Shown here in pieces: positions 13,759 through 25,055 of a stretch of DNA of 64,000 nucleotides. The DNA lies in assembly GCF_030028105.1 (NCBI RefSeq), contig NC_092380.1:29537144-29601143 (forward strand), read 5' to 3'. Each line of letters begins with the position of its first letter. Positions within the stretch are counted from its first letter, which is position 1. Made by a program: the position numbers and the translations under genes. Under the pieces are notes generated by a model, which saw nothing but the letters and a program-made list of their open reading frames with translations, was not told the DNA's origin and did not search any database. The DNA is from Mobula birostris (taxonomy: Eukaryota).

Positions 13759-15185
13759 TGTAGTGGTAGTTAATAGTGTTAATCCTATGCCATCCAGTTA
13801 GCCACTCCCACATGGGAGGAGTTCACATTCTGTACAAGCAAGGTTATCAACAGATTTCAGCTGAATATCCTGCAGGTTGGTGTCCTGGTGTGCTCTGCAC
13901 ACTCCCTCAATAACAAACACAACACGGTGTCAGAAGTGGTTGATCGTTGATGAATTGGTAATGCAGACCAAGTGAGATCCCCAACAAGAAAGAATTTACA
14001 GTAAGGCTATGCAAACAAGCATATGACAATGAAAAATAGCCAGAGACTTGTTAACCTAATCTGTCCATGCCAGTTTGCTAACTGTGTGCACCATGAGACA
14101 TGAGCTGAGAGCTGGCCAGAGTTGCTAGGCAATGCCTTCAAGCTACACCCAAAGTCGTACATATTGTAATAATCTGTGGGCCACTAGCCTGGGGAAATTC
14201 ATAGAGACAAAAACACAGCAGAGAAGACAATCAAACTCACAGGGAGAGACAAGAAGACTATTGCAATTGAAATAAATAAAGTAATAAATGAACAAACAGG
14301 AAAATGGAGCAAATACCTCCAGTACTAACATCTACTTACCTAATAAAGCCTCCGATACATTTGCTTTCTCTGAACCAGGGGACTTTGAAAGATATCTCAG
14401 ACGCTTTCAGAGATTTAGAGTTGCAAACAATCTCACTCGGGCTTCAGAAAAGCTTCAAGTAATCACACTGATACACAGCATGGGTGGCAAAGCAGAAGAC
14501 ATCATGGGTGGATCAGAACTGATAGATGCTCAGAAAAAGGAGTACAAAATAGTGCAGGATAAATCAAAGAGTATTTCACAGGAAAGTAAAATGTGATATA
14601 TGAGAGGGCAAAGTTCAACTCCAGAAAACAGGAGCCAGATGAAAGTGTAAATGACTTCATCACGGCATTGTGTGCCCTGTCGGGTAACTGAAGATGAGAT
14701 GAGATACTCTCTGATCACAGCTAGGCATATAGCAGACCCACTGATGAACAAAGTCAAAGCTGAACTTGAGCGAATGGAGGCACTTGACATCATAACTAGA
14801 GTGAATGGATCCACGGATTGGCGCCTGGGCATTGTTCCTGTTCCCAAGCCAGATGGAACAGTGACAATCTGTGTTGATCAAACAAAATCGAATAATGCAG
14901 TGAGGCGGGAGTTTACTCTGCCCTCTGCTGAGCACACATTGGGTGTGCTGGGTGGAGCAAAGTTCTTTATCAAGTTAGATGCAAACTCATGGTTCTAGCA
15001 AATCTGTTTAGCTCCTGAGCCACAGAAGCTCACAACCTTTATTACACCATATGGATGCTATGCCTTCCAGAGGCTCTCTTTTGGTATCTCATCAGCCCCT
15101 GAACTCTTTCAGATGAGGATGAATTAGATTAGGGAGGGGCCGGAAGGAGTAGTCTGCCACATGGATAATATACTGATCTTCAGGC
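13759..15185 (+). mobile_element. Internally deleted Gypsy element: short 5' LTR, tRNA-Leu-like PBS, gag and RT fragments
   Basis: TGTAGTG(13759)...CACAACA(13924), then CGGTGTCAGAAGTGG. Gag 14288-14596 (FERYLRRFQRFRVA). RT: IVPVPKPDGTVTICVD, KLDANSWF, HMDNILI. Confidence 0.75.
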
Positions 15186-15359
15186 ACTGGGGATTTAGCC
15201 CTGCGAATTTCACTTTCGAAGGCCTCCCTCTTACCAAGTACACTTTTGCCAGTAAACAGCCTGGCTCAATTCACACTTGGCAGATTCTTTCTGATACAAT
15301 CAAATTTGGACTTCCTCCAACCTTCAGACCAGACCTGTCTTTTTCCATATTTACTTTGA

Positions 15360-16250
15360 CACTAGTTTGACGCAAAGAGTTCCCCTACACAAACTTCTGT
15401 CACCCGCCCTGCCTCATTCCCTAATAGTAGATGAAGTATTATGCACTCTCTCATTGGGACTTCTATGTACTGATTAATGTCCTCAACACATTTGACAAAC
15501 TCTATCCAATCTCGTCCTTTTACACTACAAGGTTCATCATCAGTATGTGGGAAGTTAAAATCACCCACTATCACAGCCTTATGTTTCTTGCAACAGTGTA
15601 CAATCTCTCTACAAACGCATTCCTTTAAATCCCTCACACTGTTTGGTTGTCTATAACATAGCCCAATTAATGTGGTCATACATTTCATATTCCTCTGTTC
15701 CGCCTATAATGCCTCACTGGATGAGTTCTCTCGTATGTCCTGATGGAGTACTACTGTGACATTTTCCCTGACTAGTAACACCACCCCTCCTCCTTTAATC
15801 CCTCCTGCTATGTCATGTCTAAAACAACAGAACCCTGGAATATTCGACTGCCAGTCTTGCCGCCTCTTGCAACCAAATCTCACTAATGGCTACGGTATCA
15901 AAATTCCATGTGTTGATCCATGCCCTGAACTCACCTCCCTTTCCTACAATACTTCTTGGATTGAAATATACGCAGCTGAGGACGTTATTTGCACCGTGCT
16001 CAATCTTTTGATTCCTGATTTTGTCTGCAGTCTTACCAAGATCTGTCTCCACAACCTCTCCACTATCTGTTCTGGTACTCTGGTTCCAATTCAATTGCAG
16101 CTCTAGTTTAAACCCCACTGTTGCAGCACTGGAAACCCTTCCCGTTATGTTATTATTCTCCCTCCAGTTCAGGTGCCAACATTCTCTTCTGGGCATTCCT
16201 TGTAAGAGAAACCGAAGATCCAAAAATCTGATGCTCCCTGTCCTACTCTT
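15360..16250 (-). mobile_element. CR1 endonuclease-domain fragment
   Basis: CVYFNPRSIVGK...VAISEIWL; VIVGDFNFP; LLLGNEAGRV. Confidence 0.85.
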
Positions 16251-16483
16251 TAGCCATGTCTTCTCATGCCTTGGATCTCCAGTTGGCCATGCTGTTGTTC
16301 ATTGGGATATCTTCTGGGGAAGGTATGGCCTGTACAAAAAGGGTGGATTGCACTTGAACCTGAAGGGGACCTTACAGGCAAGTTTGCTAGAGTAGATGGA
16401 GAGAGTTTAAACTAATTTGTCAGGGGGATAAGAGCCTGAGTTATAGAACTGAGGATGGAGCAGTTGTTATACAGGTAGATGTA

Positions 16484-16840
16484 CTTTATACTTTTATATA
16501 CTTTATACTTTATTGTCGCCAAACCATTGATACTAGAGCGTACAATCATCACAGAGATATTTGATTCTGCTCTTCGTGCTCCCTAGAGTGCAAATCAATA
16601 GTAAATATTAAAAATTTAAATTATAAATCATAAATAGAAAATAGAAAAGGGAAAACAAGGTAGTGCAAAAAAAAAAACCGAGAGGCAGGTCTACGGTGCA
16701 TCTATAAAAATTAGTGAGGGTTTTAGGGGACAGGCCAAATTTCCTTAGCTTCCTCAGGAAGTAAAGGCGCTGGTGGGCCTTCTTGGCAGTGGACTCTGTT
16801 TGGTTGGACCAAGTCAGGTCATTTGTGATACTGACCCCGT
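16484..16840 (-). mobile_element. Truncated Rex-type LINE 3' end
   Basis: GVSITNDLTWS...KKAHQRLYFLRKLRKFGL. (CTTTATA)n tail at ~16484-16515. Confidence 0.8.
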
Positions 16841-16895
16841 TGAGGTGAGGAAGAACAGGCAGATGATAGGGCAAAATTGTAGTCAATGGGATGAG

Positions 16896-17520
16896 TTAGA
16901 TTAGATTAGATTATGAGGACACGTAGTCCTCTTTTATTGTCATTTAGTAATGCATGTATTAAGAAATGATACAATATTCCTCCGGTGTGATACTACAGAA
17001 ACATAAGACAGACCAAGACTGAAAAACTGACAAAAACCACATAATTATAACACGTAGTTACAACAGTGCAAGCAATACCATAACTTGATGAAGAACAGGC
17101 CATGGACATGGTAAAAAAAAGTTCAAAGTCTCTCAAAAGTCCCACATCACATGCAGATGGAAGAAGGAAGAAAACTCTCCCATATCCGACCACAGTCCAA
17201 CTCCGAGTCGTCCGTAAACTTCAAGCCTCCGACACCGAGCACCGAACACCATCTCTACCATGCACTTCGACCCCAGCCCTGGCCGCCAGCAACAGGCAAA
17301 GCCGAGGATTTGGAGCCTTCCCTCCGGAGATTCTCAATCGCACAGTAGCAGCAGCAGCGAACCGGACATTACAGAACTTTCTCCAGATGTTCCCCCGTGC
17401 TTCTCACGGCTGTCTCCATCAAATCAGAATTGTGCATGGCCCCTATTTAACAGATACAATATCATTTCACCAGAGAGGCTGCGTGCGCTGCGTCGCGCCA
17501 CCATCTTCTTCTCCCACCTA
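16896..17520 (-). mobile_element. Non-autonomous retroposon with a 5' AAGATGG motif and (TCTAA)n tail
   Basis: (TTAGA)n at 16896 and GCGCCACCATCTT at ~17495-17507. The 3' ~200 bp matches 50830-51040. Confidence 0.65.
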
Positions 17521-20500
17521 TTGAAGTGTAATATGGAGGCAAATTGAAAATAGTGATGAACACAGGATTAAAGGTGTTATATTTGAATGCACGCAGTATC
17601 CAGAATAAGATAGATGGTTTCTGGCGCAGTTAGAGATTGGCAGTTACGATGTTGTGGGCATCGATGAGACATGGCTGAAAGAAGATCATAGTTGGGAGCT
17701 TAAAATCCTAGGATACACATTGTATCAAAAGGATGGGCAGTTAGGCAGAGAGTTTGGGGTGGCTCTATTGGTAATAAATTAAATTAAATCCTAGAAAGAG
17801 TTCACATAGAATTGGAAGATGCAGAGCCCTTGTGAGTAGAATTAAGAAACTACAGGGGTAAAAATACCCTGATGGGAGTTTTAGGCAGACCTCCAAATGG
17901 TAGTCAGGATGTGGGAAACAAATTATATTGGGAGATAGAAAAGGGATATAATAAGGGCAATGTTACAATAGTCATGTGGAAATTCAATATGCAGAGCGAT
18001 TGGGAAAATCAGGTTGGTATTTCTTCCCAAGAGATGAGGGAGGATATTGCTCGATGGGAAAAAGACACAGGAGAGGTAGTAATGGGTGACAAAGAAATGG
18101 GAGGTGAACTTAATAAATATTTTGCATTTGCTCCTCACTGCAATAGAGAACTAGAAGTCAGAAACAGTATGCCAGAAATTCAAGACTGTTGGAGGCAGAG
18201 TGAGGGTAGTTGCTATGACTAAGGGGAAGGTACTTGGAACCTTGAAATGTCTAAAGGTAGATAAATCACTGATCTGATAGACAACACCCCAGAATTCTGA
18301 AGATTGACTGACAGGGAGAATAAAGGAGGTCTTTAAAGGAGGCTGAACACAATGCCAAAGGAAACTGAATCTCTTCTGTCTGCATGTGATTCATATCTTT
18401 CCATATCCTGTCTAAAGGCTTCTGAAATGTCATAATCATATCTGCTTTCTCCACTCACCATGGCAGGCCGTACCACTCTGTAAATAAAACCAAACTATTA
18501 CTTACCCTGCAGACCTCCTTTAACTTCTCACCCTGTGATCTTAAAGCAATGTCTTCTCATGTTTGATATTTCCACCCTTGGAAAATGATTCTGATTGTCT
18601 ATCTTATCTAGACCTCTCATAGTTTTATAAACTACTATCAGATTTCTTCAACCTTTTTCGCTTCAGGGAAAATAGTTCCAGTCCATCCAATCTTTCCTTG
18701 TAACTCAAGCCCTCTAGCACAGACAATATTTCTGTGAATCTTTTCTGCATCTTTCCAGTTTAAGCACATCCTTCCTATAGTGTGGTGTTGGAACTGCACA
18801 GGGAACTCTGGGTGTGGCCTAATGAATGATTTGTACAATATGATGTCCCAACTCCTCTCACAGCCTTTGCCGATGAAGGTAAACATGCTGTGCACCTTCG
18901 TCACTACCTTGTCTCCCGATGTTGCTACTTTCAGTGAACCAGGTACAATATCAGTATCCAAAGATCTCGCTGTTCATTCACACTCCCCAGGACCCTGCCA
19001 TTCACTGTGTATGCTCTGGCCTGTTTTAACTTCCCAAAATCCATCTCTTCACTTGTCTGACACTGTAACAACAGTTCTCTGTTTCTCTGCACCAACCACC
19101 CAACAATAAACATCAATGCACCATTCACCATTGGCCACTCACTGTACCTGTCTGCTGTTTGTGTGTAACTCAACACCCAGACCCCATGTACTTCACTCAT
19201 GTGCAGTCTCACTCCACATAAATTATAGTCTCTCTTTTGATTCCTCCTACACGGGACAGAACCTCACATTTTCCCACATTAAACTCAATTTATTAAGTGT
19301 CCTCCCACTCACCCACCTCTCTCGTGGAGACACTGGCTTCATCATTAGCCACTGCTGAAGTTGCTGAAGACCAGAATGTGCTGTTGTCATTCAATTGTTT
19401 AAAAAGTGCAGCAAGGATAAGCCAGGGAACGACAGGCCACTCAGACTGACATCAGGAGTGGGGAATTTACTGGAGGGAATTGTGAGGACAGAATCTACCA
19501 GTATTTGAACATCTGGAGTCGGATTAGGAGGAGTTGGCATAGCTTTGTGTGTTTGAGGAATCGAGGCTAGGGACTCGTGATGTGCCACGGGTGTTAGCGT
19601 TGGCACCCTTGTTATTCTTTTGTAATATAAATTCTATATTACAAACACACAAGGTTTTTACCAGTAAGTTTGTGGAGGACACAAAATGAAGAGGTATTCT
19701 TGATAGTGAAGATGATTACAGGGAAATCTTGCTCAGTTACTGAAGTGTAACTGAGAATTGACGAACGGATTACAATTCAGATGACGTATTTTGAAAAGTC
19801 AAATCAAGGTAGGGTTTATACATGGAATGGTGGGGAACTCGGGAGTGTCACGGGAAAGAGGGATTGAGGAGTACAAGAGAATTGTTTATTGGAAGTGGCG
19901 TTAACGGCAGACCGGGCCGTGAAAGACGTGTTTAGCATCAATCAGTCGGGGCATTTAATCCGGGAGTTGCGACGTTATACCAACAATTTATCTGCGCTGT
20001 GTTGCTCTATGACTCTACCGCCTAGCTTAGTGTCATCTTCAAACTTTCCATCGGTGTGTTCTACACTCTCATCCAAATCCTTTATATGAATGATGAAAAG
20101 CAATGGGCCCGGCACCGATCCCTGTGATTCGTCACTCCTCACTGATCTCCAGTCCCGTAAACAACCTTCGACCATCAACCCCTGTCTCCTAACATCAAGC
20201 CGAGTATCTATCCACTTCCACCTCTCCCTGGATTCCCGTGTCATCTAACCTTCCAGACTGCAGTTCCATGGGGACTTTGTCCAATTTATGTTTCATTGAT
20301 GTTTTTATTGTGATGATATAATACGATGTGGCTGTGATACCCTCATCAAATCTCTGGGTTACCTCTTCAAGGAACTAGAACAGATTTGGGAGATTAACTG
20401 AGGATTGAACAGATAAGTAGGGAGGTCAATTATATCCAAGATTGCTGATCAAACAGCCGGAGACCACAACGGCCTGTTTGAGCCGAAAATGTAGCCCGCG

Positions 20501-20745
20501 TAAAGAGGAGATGATTCCAACCCTAACCCAAGGTTTAGGGGCAGTGAGGATCGCCGGCCTCGGGGTGTTACTGATCTGGGAATCTACAAATAACACGCGA
20601 TAATCCAGAGAGCAGGTCGAGCGGAGAGGAAAACCTGCGCTGGGAACGGTGCACCGGGCCAACAGTTGGTGCTGTGAATATACAGATCTGAACGGTGTGT
20701 CAGGGAGAGTGTGCTAAGAGGCCTGACGGCTTAGACTGCTATCAC

Positions 20746-21171
20746 TGTGTTTGTGAGTCCGGTCACATCGCTGGATTTTTCATCCCCACCTAGAGAAAAT
20801 AAAACAATTTGCCTGCTCCGGGTTGGCACAGCTCCCCAGCTCAGTCCTGAAGTGGGAATTAACCGCGATGTTTTAGTTGATTTCAATATTTCAATCGGAA
20901 AACAGAGAAAATGTCCCGATCCCGGGGAAGAATGAGGTCAGTGCAGCAGTGAAACGGGTTGATATAGAAACTGCTGCATTTAATTCGGACCAAACTTTCT
21001 TTACAGCAGAGAATCCGGCCTCGGGCACAGACAGAGAGCGGTCTGGGTCTTGGGGATGCCCTAATTTCATTGCAATCGGAGAGTTTTTCGGGAGAGAGAA
21101 ACACAGAGAGACGGAGCGGCCGGGAGCTGACTGCAGGATGTCTCCGCCCCGTCCGCTCGCTGCCTTTAAAT
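20746..21171 (+). promoter_or_regulatory. H1 promoter: TG box 20746, H1/AC box AAACACA 21099, GC box, TTTAAAT TATA-like
   Basis: Motifs read directly and present in all three units. Confidence 0.75.
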
Positions 21172-21247
21172 TGCTCAGCACCGCCGCCTCTCGCTTCATT
21201 TCTTACTCACTTCAGAGTTCGAGAGAGTTTGTGCAGAGGTTCCGACC

Positions 21248-21871
21248 ATGACCGAGACCGCAGAAGTGGCTCCACCAGCAGCACCCGCCACCACACCCAA
21301 GGCTGCCAAGAAGAAGAAGGCGGCCGTCCGGACCAAGTCAACCGGTCCCAAACTGGGCGATCAGATCGACAAGATTGTGGCCGATTGCCGCAGTCAGCGA
21401 GGGGTGTCCGTAGCCGCGATAAAGAAGAGTTTGGCCAGCAGCGGCGTCGATGTACAAAAGCTGAAAGGTCAGATCAGGATGGTCATTAAAAGGAAATTGG
21501 ATAAAGGCACCCTGGTTCACACTAAGGGCGCAGGTGCCTCCGGCTCCTTGAGAGCCGCTAAAAAAGAACATACCGGGAAAGTCGTGAAAAAAGCGAAGAA
21601 ACCAGCGGCCAAGGCATCTAAGACCAAGAAGGCAGTGACCAAGAAATCTGTGGCCAGGAGAACAGGTGCCAAGAAATCTCCCGCCAAGACCAAAGGGGTT
21701 AAGAAAACTGCGGTTAAAAAAGCGGCAGCTAAGAAAACAGCGACCAAGAAGACCGCGCAGAAGCCCAAGAGTCCGAAGAAGGTCGCAGCCCCCAAGGTGG
21801 CCAAGAAGTCGGCAAAACCCAAGCCGAAGGCAAAATCTGTGAAAGCCAAGAAGACGGCGGCCAAAAAGTAA
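21248..21871 (+). CDS. H1: Histone H1 (207 aa, divergent, stem-loop type)
   Basis: N-terminus MTETAEVAP, globular motif KGTLVHTKGAGASGS, Lys/Ala/Pro tail with SPKK. Intronless, with a 3' stem-loop. Confidence 0.95.
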   Translation: MTETAEVAPPAAPATTPKAAKKKKAAVRTKSTGPKLGDQIDKIVADCRSQRGVSVAAIKKSLASSGVDVQKLKGQIRMVIKRKLDKGTLVHTKGAGASGSLRAAKKEHTGKVVKKAKKPAAKASKTKKAVTKKSVARRTGAKKSPAKTKGVKKTAVKKAAAKKTATKKTAQKPKSPKKVAAPKVAKKSAKPKPKAKSVKAKKTAAKK

Positions 21872-21895
21872 ATACAGTAAAGACCCGAAACCAAA

Positions 21896-21936
21896 GGCTC
21901 TTTTAAGAGCCACCCACATTTCCCAGATAAGAGCTG
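21896..21936 (+). terminator. Histone 3' stem-loop plus HDE
   Basis: CCAAA-GGCTCTTTTAAGAGCC-ACCCA, then AAGAGCTG. Confidence 0.95.
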
Positions 21937-22759
21937 ATCCAGAATCGCGCGATTCCAGATCCTGGTCGATTTAGATGTCAGTACGAACTACTTTCAGAAA
22001 ACCCGGGATCCCCGGTGCCCCGCTGACATTCGGCGATACCGTCCCTTCCCTACTATCTGAAATAAAATACAGTATCGGATGTTCGGACCGAGACTCAATC
22101 GGACACGGATGTGTTCCGCTTCAGTCTCCGTTCAAAGGCCGTTTCTTTCTCATTTGATGTCGGGAGATGGTAACACTGGCGGAGAATCCCTATCTGACAG
22201 CTCAAAGCCCACCATAGAAGTTCCCTAATTCATGGTTAATATGAATAAACTGCTGAACTATCTGTGAGGAGAGATTGTGCGGAGCGCTGAATTTCCATTG
22301 TATGTTGGGATTAAGCGTTGGAAATTCGCGGTTGGGACGGAGCTGGAAGATGAGAGGCTTCTCTCTGCTCTATAACTCCGACTCTGTCTCTCTCCGGCAG
22401 GTCAGGTCGCACCAGTTTGCAGGAACTTGGTGCGAGACGAGATAAAGAATGTAATTATTTGTTTGCAATTATTTATATGTTTCTATAAATACTTCAGTTC
22501 AGCGTGGGCTCATGCAATCCTTTTGCGGCTTTGTTTTCTCCAAAAACTCTTCAGTAAACGCAATAAATATAATTGATCTCAATCCTCTGACTGTCCTCCT
22601 GTTTCCGGCAGAAGCGAATGCACTCACCTCGAGAAGCTATTCGCTGAATATGCAAACATTCATTTCAGCGAATTGAAAGAAAACGATTCTTTAAATGAAA
22701 GTAATATTTGATAATTCATGATTTCTATTCATTGTAAGAAACTAGCTCCGGCTGCTTTA

Positions 22760-23022
22760 GAAATTGGCGGGCGATTTGAAATTGACCGGGGATCCAATCT
22801 GCAGTCAGATTGGTGGAATTCTGACCCTCAGTCACCAGTTTCCATATTTGGTAACAAGTAATAATTTCACCCCCCTTCCCCCCACGCCCCCCCCCCCCAC
22901 CGCCGGATAGCTTCAAACTGATTAAGGACAGGCATCCAATCGCACCGTTGGGACCAAATGATGGACATCTCCATTACAACCAATCAGAGGGTGCTGGGCG
23001 GCCCTTCATCAACTCTTTAAAA
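22760..23022 (+). promoter_or_regulatory. H3 promoter: CCAAT boxes (22936, 22980), GGGCGG, TTTAAAA
   Basis: Motifs read directly and conserved in units 2 and 3. Confidence 0.7.
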
Positions 23023-23086
23023 GCCAGACCCAGCGTCTGCTCTGACACTTCAATCCTGATATTTCAGGCTGTAATCGCACTGCTGA

Positions 23087-23503
<417 letters not shown>

Positions 23504-23532
23504 ACCCGACCTCGGCACCAAGCACAACAAAA

Positions 23533-23574
23533 GGCTCTTTTCAGAGCCACTAATCCGGCAGAGAAAAGGGCTGT
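23533..23574 (+). terminator. Histone 3' stem-loop plus HDE
   Basis: GGCTCTTTTCAGAGCC, then GAGAAAAGGGCTGT. Confidence 0.95.
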
Positions 23575-24149
23575 CAATTCCTGTTCACTACCCCTTTGTT
23601 AATCACGCCATTCCCTTCTGTCCTTTCCCTGTGGGAGTTTTGTTCAATAAGACATTACAGCTGCTCACTAACCCTTCTAACACGGCCGACTACACTCAAA
23701 ACAGAGAATCAGTAGTTGGGTGCCGCTGGGTTAACAGGAATCATAGCTGTTCGTGTGTCCCTGTCCCACACCCCAACCATGGTTATTGTGCGCAAGTTTT
23801 CCAGGTATTTGGGGCTGGAGAATGGGTTTTAATAAATGCAGTTCTTCCATTTGGTAACCAGTTCCATTTCTGACCGAGTCCATGGGGATACAAGTCTGCA
23901 GATGTTGGAATTCCGGTTTTTTCACAGAAGGAAAATAGTCTCGTTGGAACCTCGCCTTTGCCCGCAGTTTGAGAAGAGACCGGTATACACAGACCGACCG
24001 CCAATATAAACTGTGGGTGGACTTTTCGAAACTCAATAACTAGAAACCTTCAAATTGCTAAGTAAAATAACATCCGGGTTGTTATTGTAAAATAAGTCTT
24101 CACCGAATTAGTGATTCAATGCATACTTTTCCAGACTACAGATCAATAA

Positions 24150-24290
24150 ATAACTTTCGGCGGGATTTTCAAATTTCGGGAGAACTGGCGGTTATTTTCG
24201 GCGCTTTTCTTTCTGCTCTCTGTTCATTGGTGAATAAGGCAGCTCTCTGATTGGCTTACTGGGCTCGTCAGCAGTGAATCGGAATTTCAC
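24150..24290 (-). promoter_or_regulatory. Orphan promoter-like block (two inverted CCAAT boxes, E2F/CHR-like motifs)
   Basis: ATTGG at 24226 and 24250; GGCGGGATTTTCAAAT; TTTTCGGCGC. CpG-rich, with no adjacent gene. Copies at ~41820-41960 and ~62130-62270. Confidence 0.4.
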
Positions 24291-25055
24291 CTGCAGACCC
24301 TTCATGTATCGGGTGCTCAAGGTCCGATACCACCCACCCTGGCCTATTTAGTCATGTGCATCCAAATATCCCGAAACCACGTCCTTAACAATCGATGCTC
24401 AACAACTGAGGTCAAACTAATTGGCCTATAATTTCCTTTCTTCCTCTCTCCATTCTTGAAGAGTGGAGTGATATTTGCGATTTTCCAGTCCTCCAGAACC
24501 AGGGCAGAGTCCATTGATTCCTGAAAGCTCATTAATCATGCCAGCTGGCCCTGTCTATCTTCTCCTCTTTCAGTTTCCGAAGTATCTTCTCCCTAGTAAT
24601 AGCAATTGCACGCACTTCTGCTCCCTGACACTCTCGAATTTAATGCATCCTGCTCCTGTCTTCCACATGCAGAAAATTGAGGAGAAACCACTTCACCCAC
24701 CACGGAGAGCGAGAGGGGAACAGCAGGGATGGATTTAAAAGGGCTGTTGTGAAACAGAAACGGTAGCAAGGATCAGCTCGGCCGATTTATATATATATTC
24801 TCCGGACTGCACACAAGGTGTGTGTGTTGTAAATTTACTTGGTACCTGAGACAGAGTTTGAAATAGAACTGATTTATGTGTCAGAGATCCAGAACATCAA
24901 ACTCTTGTCCCATTACAGGTGAACTTTAGTAGAAACACCTCCCAGTCCCAGTGACCAGGGTGCAGAACTGGATGTGGTGAGCAGCAGCAATAATTGCGGA
25001 GTTCGACACCAACAGTCAATTGTGAACTTGCCTCTGGATTCAGCATGCAGCTTAT

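Larger units (their letters stand above)
16250..18335 (+). mobile_element. CR1 fragment (ORF1 esterase-like end, ORF2 endonuclease start) interrupted by two younger inserts
   Basis: WDIFWGRYGLYKKGGLHLN; TATTTGAATGCACGCAGTAT (YLNARS); MGVLGRPPNGS. Confidence 0.75.

Noticed and set aside
20877-21251. 124-aa ORF ending on the H1 start codon
   Set aside because: Non-ATG start, spans promoter elements, no recognisable domain.
21338-21919. Antisense ORFs over H1 (also in copies 2 and 3)
   Set aside because: Shadow frames from Lys/Ala codon bias. One is broken in copy 2.
22408-22436. Hairpin TCGCACCA...TGGTGCGA between H1 and H3
   Set aside because: Pairing erodes in units 2 and 3, and there are no tRNA or snRNA features.
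22640-22665. Octamer-like ATGCAAAC suggesting a lost H2B promoter
   Set aside because: Imperfect motif with no properly placed TATA box and no H2B remnant.
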